A DNA stretch of 47,085 nt from a virus (lineage: Duplodnaviria; Caudoviricetes). The position numbers and the translations under genes were made by a program. The stretch spans positions 1 to 47,085 of IMG/VR virus record IMGVR_UViG_3300043633_000046. One strand, 5' to 3'. Positions 26,670 to 35,586 of the stretch are shown here, piece after piece; the first letter of the stretch is position 1; every line of letters starts with the position of its first letter. The notes under the pieces were generated by a model that saw only the letters and a list, made by a program, of their open reading frames with translations, had not been told where the DNA came from and did no database searches.

Positions 26670-26945
26670 TAAGCGGTTCAATGTCGGCAGGGGTAACCAG
26701 CTGGGGCATTGAGCGAGACAGAACGGCGGGCAACCAGGCTCCAGAGCCCGCAACGTGGATGCGCAGTCGGTAGAGCGTGGAGAGGTGCGGTGTTCGCCAC
26801 CGTGGAGAGTCTGCCGAAGTTCCGTGGGCGTAACCAACGGAACCAACGGGTGAAAGGATGGCTCCGTAGCCGTGACGTTTCATCCAGAAGGAGCGCATGC
26901 CTAATCTAGGGGAGTGCTTTCCTTCGGGATCAGGATTCACCATAA
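26670..26945 (+). ncRNA. Candidate structured non-coding element / replication origin region
   Basis: At least six tandem or nested stems, no convincing ORF (see findings). Confidence 0.35.
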
Positions 26946-26971
26946 CCGTAACAAGAAGGGCCGGGGTGAAG

Positions 26972-27199
26972 ATGAAAGACTGTAGACATAAACCTCCTTG
27001 TGGAGATGAAGCGACACGTTGGGTCTGCGGTCAGCGTACAGCCTTAGAGAATGCCGTCAATCGTGGGTTGATCAACCGTGCAGGGGCTGAGAGCTTACTG
27101 AAGAAGTACGGTGTTCCGTTGACGCCTGAAAGCAAGGTGTATCGCGGAGAACCTCGTGCGGCGGCGAAAGAGGATTTGTTCAGTGGGCGGGAACTATGA
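26972..27199 (+). CDS. Hypothetical protein
   Basis: ATG after GGGGTG; ATGA coupling downstream. Confidence 0.45.
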   Translation: MKDCRHKPPCGDEATRWVCGQRTALENAVNRGLINRAGAESLLKKYGVPLTPESKVYRGEPRAAAKEDLFSGREL

Positions 27200-27402
27200 G
27201 TAAGAAGCGGATCGCGGAACGTCAGGCGACGAACCAGCGGATCGCGGAGCAAGATGCGGCCAACCGATGCGGGTTCTGCCGGCGTGGGCTGGTGAATGGC
27301 TACCTGACGCAGGTTGGGCCAGACGGGGTGACCTCCCGCTATTGCGATGAGAACTGCCGGTTAGACCATATTGAAGCCGTGAACTGGCGGGAGGGACGGT
27401 AA
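27196..27402 (+). CDS. Zinc-finger protein
   Basis: CGFC...YCDENC. Confidence 0.55.
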   Translation: MSKKRIAERQATNQRIAEQDAANRCGFCRRGLVNGYLTQVGPDGVTSRYCDENCRLDHIEAVNWREGR

Positions 27403-27638
27403 TGGCGAATCGGAAGCTGTTCAAGGATCAGCCGCAGATTCCAGACACTGTTCGGGATGAAACCGCGACGGTTCCGCTCGGTGAGACAGGTTATTGGCTG
27501 CTCTTGACGGACGCTGAAGTTGAACTCCTGTCTACAGGCCTATGTCCTCATGATGTGGCGAAGAAGGCGTGGGACATGCTCGGTTGGAAGCGTGAGCACG
27601 CTCGGAATACGGCTCGGGAACTCGCGGAGGCGGTCTGA
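27402..27638 (+). CDS. Hypothetical protein
   Basis: GGAGG RBS, TAATG/TGATG coupling. Confidence 0.5.
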   Translation: MANRKLFKDQPQIPDTVRDETATVPLGETGYWLLLTDAEVELLSTGLCPHDVAKKAWDMLGWKREHARNTARELAEAV

Positions 27639-27973
27639 TGCCCTTCGCAGACGCGGCGGTTCGGAAGGCGTATCACCGCAGGAAGGCTCGGGAATGGGCG
27701 GCGAAGGAACGCGCCATACGGATCGCGGCGGGAAGCTGCATCGTCTGCCGGACACCCGTGAAGCAGTTTCGTCGGTGCTTTGAATGCCGTTGGGCGCTTC
27801 GGCGGAGATACCTGAAGGTGGAGCGGCCCAGGTTGAAGGCGAAGTCGAAGCCGTGTCGGGACTGCGGAAGGGGCTGCGTGAAGCCAGGGGCGTATCGCTG
27901 TGGGAAGTGTACGGCGGTCAGAGCCAATGCAATTCGGTGGGAACGGCATCGGCAGAAAGAGACGGCGGCGTGA
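27638..27973 (+). CDS. Basic double zinc-finger protein
   Basis: Four CxxC motifs. Confidence 0.55.
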   Translation: MPFADAAVRKAYHRRKAREWAAKERAIRIAAGSCIVCRTPVKQFRRCFECRWALRRRYLKVERPRLKAKSKPCRDCGRGCVKPGAYRCGKCTAVRANAIRWERHRQKETAA

Positions 27974-28221
27974 GTATCCACCGTCGTAACCCGCGCCGTG
28001 ATGCCAACGAGCGAGCCCTCGTGGCTGGCTGGCGTGCGATCGGGGCTGAGGTATGGCTCTTGAGCGGGAAAGGGTTGCCAGACGCGCTCGTGAGGTTTAG
28101 GGGCGTCCTCCACGGCTTTGAGATCAAGACCGCGAAAGGCCGACTCACGGAACATCAAGGCGATTTTCCGGTGATACGGACGATGGACGAAGGGCTACGA
28201 GCTCTAGGGGTAATCCGATGA
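27970..28221 (+). CDS. VRR-NUC/PD-(D/E)xK nuclease (resolvase-like)
   Basis: RRDANE, GLPDALV, FEIKT. Confidence 0.7.
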   Translation: MSIHRRNPRRDANERALVAGWRAIGAEVWLLSGKGLPDALVRFRGVLHGFEIKTAKGRLTEHQGDFPVIRTMDEGLRALGVIR

Positions 28222-28526
28222 CTGATCGCGTGGAGGCCATGAAGGCCCTGGTGGAGCAAATTCGAGAAGTAGTTAATCAGCGCCCACAAAAGCGCGGTTG
28301 GAGGGTGAGGATCCTCTTGTTGTTAGCAACGATAGATTCTCGCCTCGGCCTGATCGCCGCAGGGCTGAGCGAGGCACCAGCACCGCAGGTAACGCGGTTG
28401 GAATGGATTGACGAGTTAGGGCGGAGACTGACGCGCTGCAACTGCCAAGTCGAGTTGTCGTATCAGGATCAAGGTCGCACGCTGAAACTGTTCGTATCTC
28501 CCGCACCCCCGAAGGAGCCAAGATGA
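28218..28526 (+). CDS. Hypothetical protein
   Basis: Coupled ORF; C-terminal SYQDQGRTLKLFV motif. Confidence 0.5.
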   Translation: MTDRVEAMKALVEQIREVVNQRPQKRGWRVRILLLLATIDSRLGLIAAGLSEAPAPQVTRLEWIDELGRRLTRCNCQVELSYQDQGRTLKLFVSPAPPKEPR

Positions 28527-28723
28527 TCGGTAAGCACGGAGTCGATCTGAGTCACTTCGCCCAGAAGGTTCATGCGTGGGCTGTCGATGAATCGCGGCGG
28601 CGTGGCCGCGACGTGACATTCCATGAAGTCTTCTCGCGCTGGCTGACATATGTTCACCCACAGCCAGAGCGCATCGCCAGAGAAACATCGATGCGGGAGT
28701 TTCCACAAGGAGGCATCAGATGA
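28523..28723 (+). CDS. Hypothetical protein
   Basis: AAGGAG RBS, ATGA coupling. Confidence 0.5.
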   Translation: MIGKHGVDLSHFAQKVHAWAVDESRRRGRDVTFHEVFSRWLTYVHPQPERIARETSMREFPQGGIR

Positions 28724-29364
28724 GTGACTCCCCCCTGACTGAGCCGGTGCGACCGCTGGAGGCCATAGCAAAAGAATGGCTGCGAACCACGCTACTTGCG
28801 AAAGGCAGTAGCGGCCTTGAGGATGATTGCACGTCCTATCTGGAACGCGCTTTCAGACGAATTATCGGAGCGTGTTCAGACCCAGTGCCAGAACTAACTA
28901 AATTCGCTGCGCTCCTCCACGCTGCCGCCCCGCCTGCACCGACAGCGGAACCGGTATCGCCGTGGCGTGATGAAGCCACACCGGAAGGTGAGCCGCCACT
29001 ATTGCCGATGCCGATTCGTCATCGTGGCGATGTGACGGCATTCGTGAAACTGATTCGGAAGATGCACACGCTTACGGCCGCTGTCGATTTGGCTGGCAAG
29101 ACGTTTGCGGCTCTCCAAAGTGCCGCCCCGCCTGAGCGCGTGAGCGAGGGGAAGGGGTTGGGCGACTATCAGGAATTGGTAGACGACCTGTATCGGCTGT
29201 TCACGAGCACGTCAAATGAAATCGCGCAATTCTTCGGGGAGTCTCGCTGCACCGACGATTCAGCGCGTCTGAATTACGCGCTGGAGTTGATGGAAAGCTA
29301 TGTGACTGAACGCCCTAATGCTGTGGCCCGTCCCGCCGTGGAGCCGCGAGAGGAGCCAAGATGA
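28720..29364 (+). CDS. Modular hypothetical protein
   Basis: AGGAGG RBS; repeated FAAL..AAPP linkers. Confidence 0.5.
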   Translation: MSDSPLTEPVRPLEAIAKEWLRTTLLAKGSSGLEDDCTSYLERAFRRIIGACSDPVPELTKFAALLHAAAPPAPTAEPVSPWRDEATPEGEPPLLPMPIRHRGDVTAFVKLIRKMHTLTAAVDLAGKTFAALQSAAPPERVSEGKGLGDYQELVDDLYRLFTSTSNEIAQFFGESRCTDDSARLNYALELMESYVTERPNAVARPAVEPREEPR

Positions 29365-30095
29365 GTAAATTGTTGCCGAATGAGTTCGATGCGCTTCGGC
29401 TACTACTCACGCATCCCGTCGTGAGTCGCATGTATCAGGATGCGGTCAACGCTAGCCTTGAAGCTGTTGAAGCTGCAACCTTTGCGGCCCTCCACGGTTC
29501 CGAGGCTGGCCCACGAGACAGACAGTTGCTCAAGACGCTACTGCTCGACTGCATTCAAATCACGGACGACCGCGCGCTCGTGTGTCGTCATTGTGAGGGC
29601 GGCATCGAGGCGAGCGCGAACAAGCCGATTCCGCACGAAGATGGCTGTGTGGTCGGACAGATTCAGGAGATGATCAAAACCGAGGCTGGCCCACAGGAGG
29701 CACGAGAGGAGCAGAAGACGCCGTGGACTATCGACGGTTCGATGCCATTGCCAGCCTGCCGCAACGACATTATTCGACGCGCCGACGTGGTGACGATGTG
29801 GAACAACTGGCGGCAGGGACTTCCGCTCGATAGGCCATTCCGTCACGGCGATGGCGTGGACTTCCTGAACCGGCTGAATGACATTGCGGGTTCCGATGCT
29901 GGCGTCTCGGCGCGGGTGCGGATAGACGTTGAAGCGGAAGAAGGCTGCTTTGCGGTCGATGCGTGGCAAGGCGATACAGCCTTCCGCATGAACGTCTTTG
30001 ACACCTTCGATGAAGCGAATGGTTACCGGCAAGTCATGTCCGATGTATTCCGTGCTGCTCTGGGCGTCTCGCCCGCTGCGCCAGAGAAAGAATAG
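29361..30095 (+). CDS. Modular hypothetical protein
   Basis: AGGAG RBS; repeated EAGP linkers; CRHC..H..C. Confidence 0.5.
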   Translation: MSKLLPNEFDALRLLLTHPVVSRMYQDAVNASLEAVEAATFAALHGSEAGPRDRQLLKTLLLDCIQITDDRALVCRHCEGGIEASANKPIPHEDGCVVGQIQEMIKTEAGPQEAREEQKTPWTIDGSMPLPACRNDIIRRADVVTMWNNWRQGLPLDRPFRHGDGVDFLNRLNDIAGSDAGVSARVRIDVEAEEGCFAVDAWQGDTAFRMNVFDTFDEANGYRQVMSDVFRAALGVSPAAPEKE

Positions 30096-30097
30096 CC

Positions 30098-30304
30098 ATG
30101 AACGATTTTGAACGAAATCCGGACGATGTTGACGCGGCGATGCTCACTGTTAATCCGAAGCATCGGTATCGCTGGTGTGACTGGGGGCCATGTGCCTGTA
30201 TGGGGTGCGCGAATGCATCAGGCGGGATGGCGGCGAAGGGTTTTAATAAAACGGATTGGCAGCGATGGGTGGAACGTCATCCCGGCACGGACACGAAGGA
30301 GTAA
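30098..30304 (+). CDS. Cys-rich hypothetical protein
   Basis: RWC..GPCACMGCAN motif. Confidence 0.55.
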   Translation: MNDFERNPDDVDAAMLTVNPKHRYRWCDWGPCACMGCANASGGMAAKGFNKTDWQRWVERHPGTDTKE

Positions 30305-30308
30305 GAGC

Positions 30309-30428
30309 ATGCTCGTTCGGTGTCCCAAGAGTCCCACGAAACGTCATCAATATGCCTACGATGGGGATCATGTGACCTGTGTGTATTGTTTAGTTACTCG
30401 GGAACTCCCGCGCGGGGAGCGTGAATGA
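30309..30428 (+). CDS. Small zinc-binding hypothetical protein
   Basis: AAGGAG RBS; CP..H...CVYC. Confidence 0.45.
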   Translation: MLVRCPKSPTKRHQYAYDGDHVTCVYCLVTRELPRGERE

Positions 30429-30622
30429 CGAGCCCGAAGCTGTGTTGTCCCTTCTGTAGCCAGTTCGAATCCCGCGTGGTCGAAACCCGAGCCGTCACCG
30501 ATAACCGCCATGTCTGGCGCCGCCGGCAGTGTGAGCATTGCGGGAAACGCTTCACCACCCAAGAAGCCGTCGTCGGGCATTACGAAAAACAGCCACGGTC
30601 CTCAAGTAACCACTACATCTAG
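30425..30622 (+). CDS. NrdR N-terminal-like zinc ribbon (no ATP-cone), candidate late regulator
   Basis: [27 protein letters not shown]. Confidence 0.75.
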   Translation: MTSPKLCCPFCSQFESRVVETRAVTDNRHVWRRRQCEHCGKRFTTQEAVVGHYEKQPRSSSNHYI

Positions 30623-30672
30623 CCCTCGCGTTCTTCAGTTAGACCGTATTCTGCGGTCATCCCATTGAAATC

Positions 30673-31062
30673 TTGAAAAAGACGCATGGCGGGGCTCGCC
30701 CTGGTGCCGGCAAGAAGAAAGGCACCCGCTGGAAGTCCACGCTCGACAAGATCGCCGCTCGAGAAGCGTTACGTCAGTACGTCACGCAACATATCGAGGA
30801 ATTGACCGCCGCGCAGGTCGCCAATGCGAAAGGCTTGAAATACCTCGTCACTCGCGAGAAGAAGACTGGCAAGTTCATCCGCGTGACGGAAGCGATGGCG
30901 AAACTGAAACAGGGCGACGACGAAGAAATCATCGAAGTGTGGGAGAAAGACCCGTCCGTCCAAGCATTTACCGACCTGATGAATCGAGCCCTCGATAAGC
31001 CCGCCGAGCAGGAACAAGCCGTCGCTGTGACCGGCACGTTGAAGATTTCATGGGCGCAGTGA
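30673..31062 (+). CDS. Terminase small subunit-like protein
   Basis: HGGARPGAGKKKG start, C-terminal V.G.LKISW; directly upstream of TerL. Confidence 0.65.
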   Translation: MKKTHGGARPGAGKKKGTRWKSTLDKIAAREALRQYVTQHIEELTAAQVANAKGLKYLVTREKKTGKFIRVTEAMAKLKQGDDEEIIEVWEKDPSVQAFTDLMNRALDKPAEQEQAVAVTGTLKISWAQ

Positions 31063-32381
31063 CCGAGATCACCATCCCGTATGCGCCACGTCCTCTCCAG
31101 CGGACGATCCATCAGGCGCTCGAGCGGCACCGCTTCTCGGTCGCTGTCTGTCATCGACGGTTCGGGAAAACCGTCCTCGCCATCAACCAGCTCCAGAAAG
31201 CCGCGCTCCTTTGTAACAAGCCCCGCCCCAGATTTGCCTACATCGCGCCGACGTACACGATGGGGAAGGCGATTGCGTGGGATTACATGCGGCACTATGC
31301 GGCGCCGATCCCTGGTGTGGTGGCGAACATCTCAGAACTCCGGGTGGACTATCCGAACGGTGGGCAGTGCCGGATCTACGGGGCGGACAATCCGGACAGC
31401 CTGCGCGGGATTTACCTCGATGGCGTCGTGCTGGACGAATACGGCCTGATGGCGCCGAACGTGTTCTCTGAGGTCATTCGGCCCCTCATCTCGGACCGTC
31501 TCGGCTGGGTGCTGTTCATCGGGACACCGAACGGGAAGAACCAGTTCTACGACATCGTGCAGCAGGCCCAGCGCGAGTCTGATTGGTTCTTTGCGGAGTA
31601 CAAGGCCAGCCAGACCAATCTGATCCCAGCGTCAGAGCTCGCTAGTGCCAGGCAGTCGATGACGGACGACGAGTATGCCCAAGAGTTTGAGTGCAGCTTC
31701 GAAGCCTCGGTCAAGGGTGCTGTATTCGCCCGTGAAATCATTCAAGCACGCGAAGCAGGCCGCGTCACGCGTGTACCGTACGACCCCGCTTTGGCAGTGG
31801 ATACTGACTGGGACCTCGGCGTGGGAGACGCAACGGCCATTTGGTTCAGCCAAACGCTTTATTCCGGGGAAGTCCGACTTATCGACTACTACGAATCCAC
31901 CGGACAGGGTCTTGCCCATTACCGTAACGTCCTGAACGAGCGCGGCTATACGTACGGCACCCACTGGGCACCGCACGACATTCAGGTCCGCGAACTCACC
32001 TCTGGGCACTCTCGACTAGACGCCGCCCGTCAACTCGGCATCAACTTCCAGATCAGCCCCAAGGTCGAATCACTGGAGGATGGGATTCATGCGGCACGGA
32101 TGCTCCTCCCGCGGTGCTGGTTCGATGCGGACAAGGCGCAGCGCGGCCTGGAATGCCTCCAACATTACCGCTGGGATTACAACACGCGGATTAACGAGTT
32201 CAAACATCTGCCGGTGCATGACTGGGCGAGCCATGGGGCGGATGCGTTCCGAGGACTGGCGTACCGGCATTACACCCCGAAATACAACCCGGAACGACAG
32301 GCAGCGGTTTCCCTGCGACGAGCCCAGCGAGACACACGCGATGTGCGCCGGCCGCAGTCGGTCGGACGTGGAGGGTACTGA
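31059..32381 (+). CDS. terL: Terminase large subunit
   Basis: VCHRRFGKT Walker A, VVLDEY Walker B, IGTP.G.N, WDLG..D nuclease, HGADAFR. Confidence 0.95.
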   Translation: MTEITIPYAPRPLQRTIHQALERHRFSVAVCHRRFGKTVLAINQLQKAALLCNKPRPRFAYIAPTYTMGKAIAWDYMRHYAAPIPGVVANISELRVDYPNGGQCRIYGADNPDSLRGIYLDGVVLDEYGLMAPNVFSEVIRPLISDRLGWVLFIGTPNGKNQFYDIVQQAQRESDWFFAEYKASQTNLIPASELASARQSMTDDEYAQEFECSFEASVKGAVFAREIIQAREAGRVTRVPYDPALAVDTDWDLGVGDATAIWFSQTLYSGEVRLIDYYESTGQGLAHYRNVLNERGYTYGTHWAPHDIQVRELTSGHSRLDAARQLGINFQISPKVESLEDGIHAARMLLPRCWFDADKAQRGLECLQHYRWDYNTRINEFKHLPVHDWASHGADAFRGLAYRHYTPKYNPERQAAVSLRRAQRDTRDVRRPQSVGRGGY

Positions 32382-32382
32382 G

Positions 32383-32562
32383 ATGAGTAATGTGAATTTC
32401 AACAACGGACGTGGCGAGCGGACCCAGACCAAAGCGGTCAGCGTGTCAGAGCACAAGTTTGGCGGTTCCCATCAGAACAATCCGGGTGGAAAACGTGGCG
32501 ATGCGTCGTTCGGAGGCTCGCACGCGAAGAACAGCGGCATGAAGTCCCAGAAAGGTTGCTGA
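32383..32562 (+). CDS. Small basic Gly-rich protein (FGGSH x2)
   Basis: GGAGG RBS, TGATG coupling. Confidence 0.55.
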   Translation: MSNVNFNNGRGERTQTKAVSVSEHKFGGSHQNNPGGKRGDASFGGSHAKNSGMKSQKGC

Positions 32563-32642
32563 TGTCTCAGACCTCTGGCGTCAATCCCTCGCTCTATACG
32601 AACTACAAGAAAAAGGGCGCGAAAAAGGGTAAATCGAAGTGA
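32562..32642 (+). CDS. 26-aa peptide MSQTSGVNPSLYTNYKKKGAKKGKSK resembling the capsid N-terminus
   Basis: TGATG and GTGA coupling on both sides; 11/17 identity with capsid residues 1-17. Confidence 0.65.
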   Translation: MSQTSGVNPSLYTNYKKKGAKKGKSK

Positions 32643-34738
32643 GTAAGGCTCCCCGCGATCCCTTCCAGGTCACCCTGAACAAGGAACAGCGGGAGAAGCT
32701 CGCTCTGTGGCTCAGTCAAGAACTCGATAACGGCCTGAACGCCAAATCGACGGCAGATGCGGAAGTCGATTACTGGCACATGCTCTATGAGCAAGCCAGA
32801 ACGCGGAACAGTCGGAACCTGCCGTGGCCGGACGCGGCCGACCTGACCTCCTATCTGGCCTGCGAGAAGGTCGATGCGCTTCACGCAAGGGCCATGAAAA
32901 CCGTCTGGGTGGAACCGGTCTGCACCGTTGAAGGCTGGGGACAAGCCGCTGATCATGCGCCCTTTGTCGAAGAGTTTCACCAGTGGAAAGCCGAAGAGGA
33001 GCGACTGCAATCTGTTCTCGACAAACTGATTCTGATCTCACTCATTGAGCCGCGAGGCTTACTGGAGGTGTCAGAGGGGAGCGAGTGGCGCACCGTCCGG
33101 AAACGCATCCAGGCACAGATCCAGACGGATCCAACCACGGGCGGCATGGTCTATGGCGAAGACGGCCAGCCACAACCTGCGATGAAGCCGGACGGCTCCT
33201 ACATGGAGACGACCGATCCGTTAGTCCCCTCCGCCCAGATTCTGATCGATTCGACCGAGAACCAGCGTATCGGCCCGCAATACCGCATCATCCCCTACCG
33301 CGACTCCGTGATTCTCCCCGGCCATGCCCGCGAGAAAGAGGAAGTGTGGGGCTACGGGAAGCGCCTGTGGAAACGCCATTCCGAGATTGTGGCCCTGTCA
33401 ACAGGACCACGGGCGATTTATGACAAAGACACCGTCGAGCAACTGACGAAAACCGGCGACCGAGAGCCCGACAACGCGCTCGAGCGGTCAAACATGGCCG
33501 TCGCGCCACAGGACGAGACGACCGCAGAGAAGGAACTCTGGGAAGTCCTCGTCCTGATCGACCTCAAAGCCTTTTTTGAAGTCTGGAGCATTGACCCGCC
33601 GAGAGGTCTAACGGATGGGGCTAGGTGGTATCTCGCGACGGTCCACAAGGATCAGCACCTGCTGTTGCGATGGCAGTACGACGACCTCGAGAAGAGCCGA
33701 TTCGTCCCGGTGATTCTCTTCCCTCGGCCTGATAGGGCGACGGAGGGGTTCTCATTCGTCGGGCACAAGATCATCACGACGGTCGAGGAACATACCGCCT
33801 ACCGCAACATGGCGGCAGACCGCTCGAGCATGGCGAACAGCGTGCCGATTCTCCGGACGCAAGGCGCATTGTGGGATCCCGAAGAGCAGCCATGGGGACC
33901 GAAAGCCGTCATTGACGTCCGCGATCCTCGTGAACTCAAGCCGATGGAGGTACCAGACGTGCCGGCGTCCGTGTTCAACCACATGCAGATGTGTGAGCGG
34001 ACCGCGGAACGGTTGGCCGGCGTCAACGATGTGGCATCTGGCCAGGTGTCGCAGGAGACGCGCACGCTCGGCGAGATCCAGATGGCGACGGAGCAATCCT
34101 TCGTCCGGATGGATCTCATCATTCGGCGCTTTCAGGAGTCGTTAGAGGATCTGTACCAGATTCGGCACGCTATCTGGAAACGAGTGTTGGCAGAGCAGCC
34201 GGACGGGATTGATGCGCCGCAGTCGCTGGTGGTCGGGCTCGAGGGGAAGGGCGAGAGCATCGATCAGTTCATGCCCGACAAGAAGATCACCGCGCAGTTA
34301 CTTGACGGCGCGTTCCGGTTTAAACCACATGGCTCGGTAGAAACTGCCGACACGGGCAAACTCAGGTCCGACTTTATCGGGGCAATGCAGTTTCTGCCTC
34401 AGCTTCTCGCAGCGTTTCCACAGTTGCAGATGCAGTTCAGGGGACCACAGGCCGGGCGAGCGATGGCGCAGCAGTTTGTGCGGTTGTTCCGGATTCCGAA
34501 CCCGCAGGCGTTCATCGGATCACCAGCACAGGACATGCAGCAGGCGCTGGGCGCACCAGGGATGCCGCCGGGGATGGTGACGGGAGCCGTACCTGTGGGC
34601 GCCCCGACGCCATTTGCGCCGATGGGTGGCGTGGCTGGGCCTCCGGGACCACCGGGAGCACCGCCGATGCCTGGACCGCCTCCGGGAGGAATGCCGCCGC
34701 CGATGGGTGGTCCTCCCGGTCTGCCGCCGCATCCGTAA
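32639..34738 (+). CDS. Portal protein
   Basis: 699 aa after TerL; AERLAGVND..SG....RTLGEIQ pattern; Pro-rich C-terminus. Confidence 0.85.
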   Translation: MSKAPRDPFQVTLNKEQREKLALWLSQELDNGLNAKSTADAEVDYWHMLYEQARTRNSRNLPWPDAADLTSYLACEKVDALHARAMKTVWVEPVCTVEGWGQAADHAPFVEEFHQWKAEEERLQSVLDKLILISLIEPRGLLEVSEGSEWRTVRKRIQAQIQTDPTTGGMVYGEDGQPQPAMKPDGSYMETTDPLVPSAQILIDSTENQRIGPQYRIIPYRDSVILPGHAREKEEVWGYGKRLWKRHSEIVALSTGPRAIYDKDTVEQLTKTGDREPDNALERSNMAVAPQDETTAEKELWEVLVLIDLKAFFEVWSIDPPRGLTDGARWYLATVHKDQHLLLRWQYDDLEKSRFVPVILFPRPDRATEGFSFVGHKIITTVEEHTAYRNMAADRSSMANSVPILRTQGALWDPEEQPWGPKAVIDVRDPRELKPMEVPDVPASVFNHMQMCERTAERLAGVNDVASGQVSQETRTLGEIQMATEQSFVRMDLIIRRFQESLEDLYQIRHAIWKRVLAEQPDGIDAPQSLVVGLEGKGESIDQFMPDKKITAQLLDGAFRFKPHGSVETADTGKLRSDFIGAMQFLPQLLAAFPQLQMQFRGPQAGRAMAQQFVRLFRIPNPQAFIGSPAQDMQQALGAPGMPPGMVTGAVPVGAPTPFAPMGGVAGPPGPPGAPPMPGPPPGGMPPPMGGPPGLPPHP

Positions 34739-35302
34739 ATGGGCTTCGCGCATGGGAACGATCTCTGTCTCTCCTTCTGGTCGTTGGCAATGGAGAAAGG
34801 CTGGATCCGCTTTCCGCCGAATGCTCGGGTCTTGGAGATTGGCTGTGCAGAAGCGGATTGGCAGACGCCAATGCTCGCGTTGCGGCCGGACTTACAGATT
34901 ACAGGGCTGGACTGGCGAGCGTGCGAGCGACCGGGACGAACCGTTCGCGGCGACGTGATGGACGTGACCCTGTTCCCGGCCCAATCCTTCGATTGCATCG
35001 TGAGCGTGTCCGCGATCGAGCATGTCGGCCTTGGAGCCTATGACGGCGACCCTAGTTATCAATGGGGTGATACCTCGGCCATGCTCAACGCGTGGGTATG
35101 GCTGAAACCGGGCGGCTGGATGTATCTGGATGTGCCGTTCAGAGACGATCACTACGGCGAATACGGCAGTTACCGGGTCTACAACGAGAAAGCGATCAAT
35201 GAGCGTCTCGTGGTATCGAATTTCGTGAAGAAATGCTGGGCGAAATGTGTGGTTGATCATCCTGACAGCCCGTATATGGCCCTCCTGTTAGAGAAGGTAT
35301 GA
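34739..35302 (+). CDS. Class I SAM-dependent methyltransferase (DUF268-like)
   Basis: VLEIGC, FDCIVSVSAIEHVGLGAY.GDP, LKPGG..LDVPF. Confidence 0.8.
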   Translation: MGFAHGNDLCLSFWSLAMEKGWIRFPPNARVLEIGCAEADWQTPMLALRPDLQITGLDWRACERPGRTVRGDVMDVTLFPAQSFDCIVSVSAIEHVGLGAYDGDPSYQWGDTSAMLNAWVWLKPGGWMYLDVPFRDDHYGEYGSYRVYNEKAINERLVVSNFVKKCWAKCVVDHPDSPYMALLLEKV

Positions 35303-35586
35303 CGGACGAACAACGAGACCTCGAAAACCTCACGAAACATCCCGGGTGGCTCCTCTTTACCGAATACGGCAAACGTGACGTCGAAGCCCGCGTTCTGAAC
35401 GCCACTAGATCGGCCGCTGGCGAAGAGAACGACATCGCCGCTCTCAATAAACTCCGTCAGTGCATCGCGGCGAGAGACGCCGTGGAGTCGCTCCTGCAGT
35501 GGCCGGAGAACCGATTACAACAGTTGGCCGCGAAAGCCGCCGCGACGACGACGACACCGCAACTGTCACGGCGAGGGACGCTGTGA
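35299..35586 (+). CDS. Small head-assembly protein
   Basis: L.KHPGW..F helical protein typical downstream of portal. Confidence 0.5.
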   Translation: MTDEQRDLENLTKHPGWLLFTEYGKRDVEARVLNATRSAAGEENDIAALNKLRQCIAARDAVESLLQWPENRLQQLAAKAAATTTTPQLSRRGTL

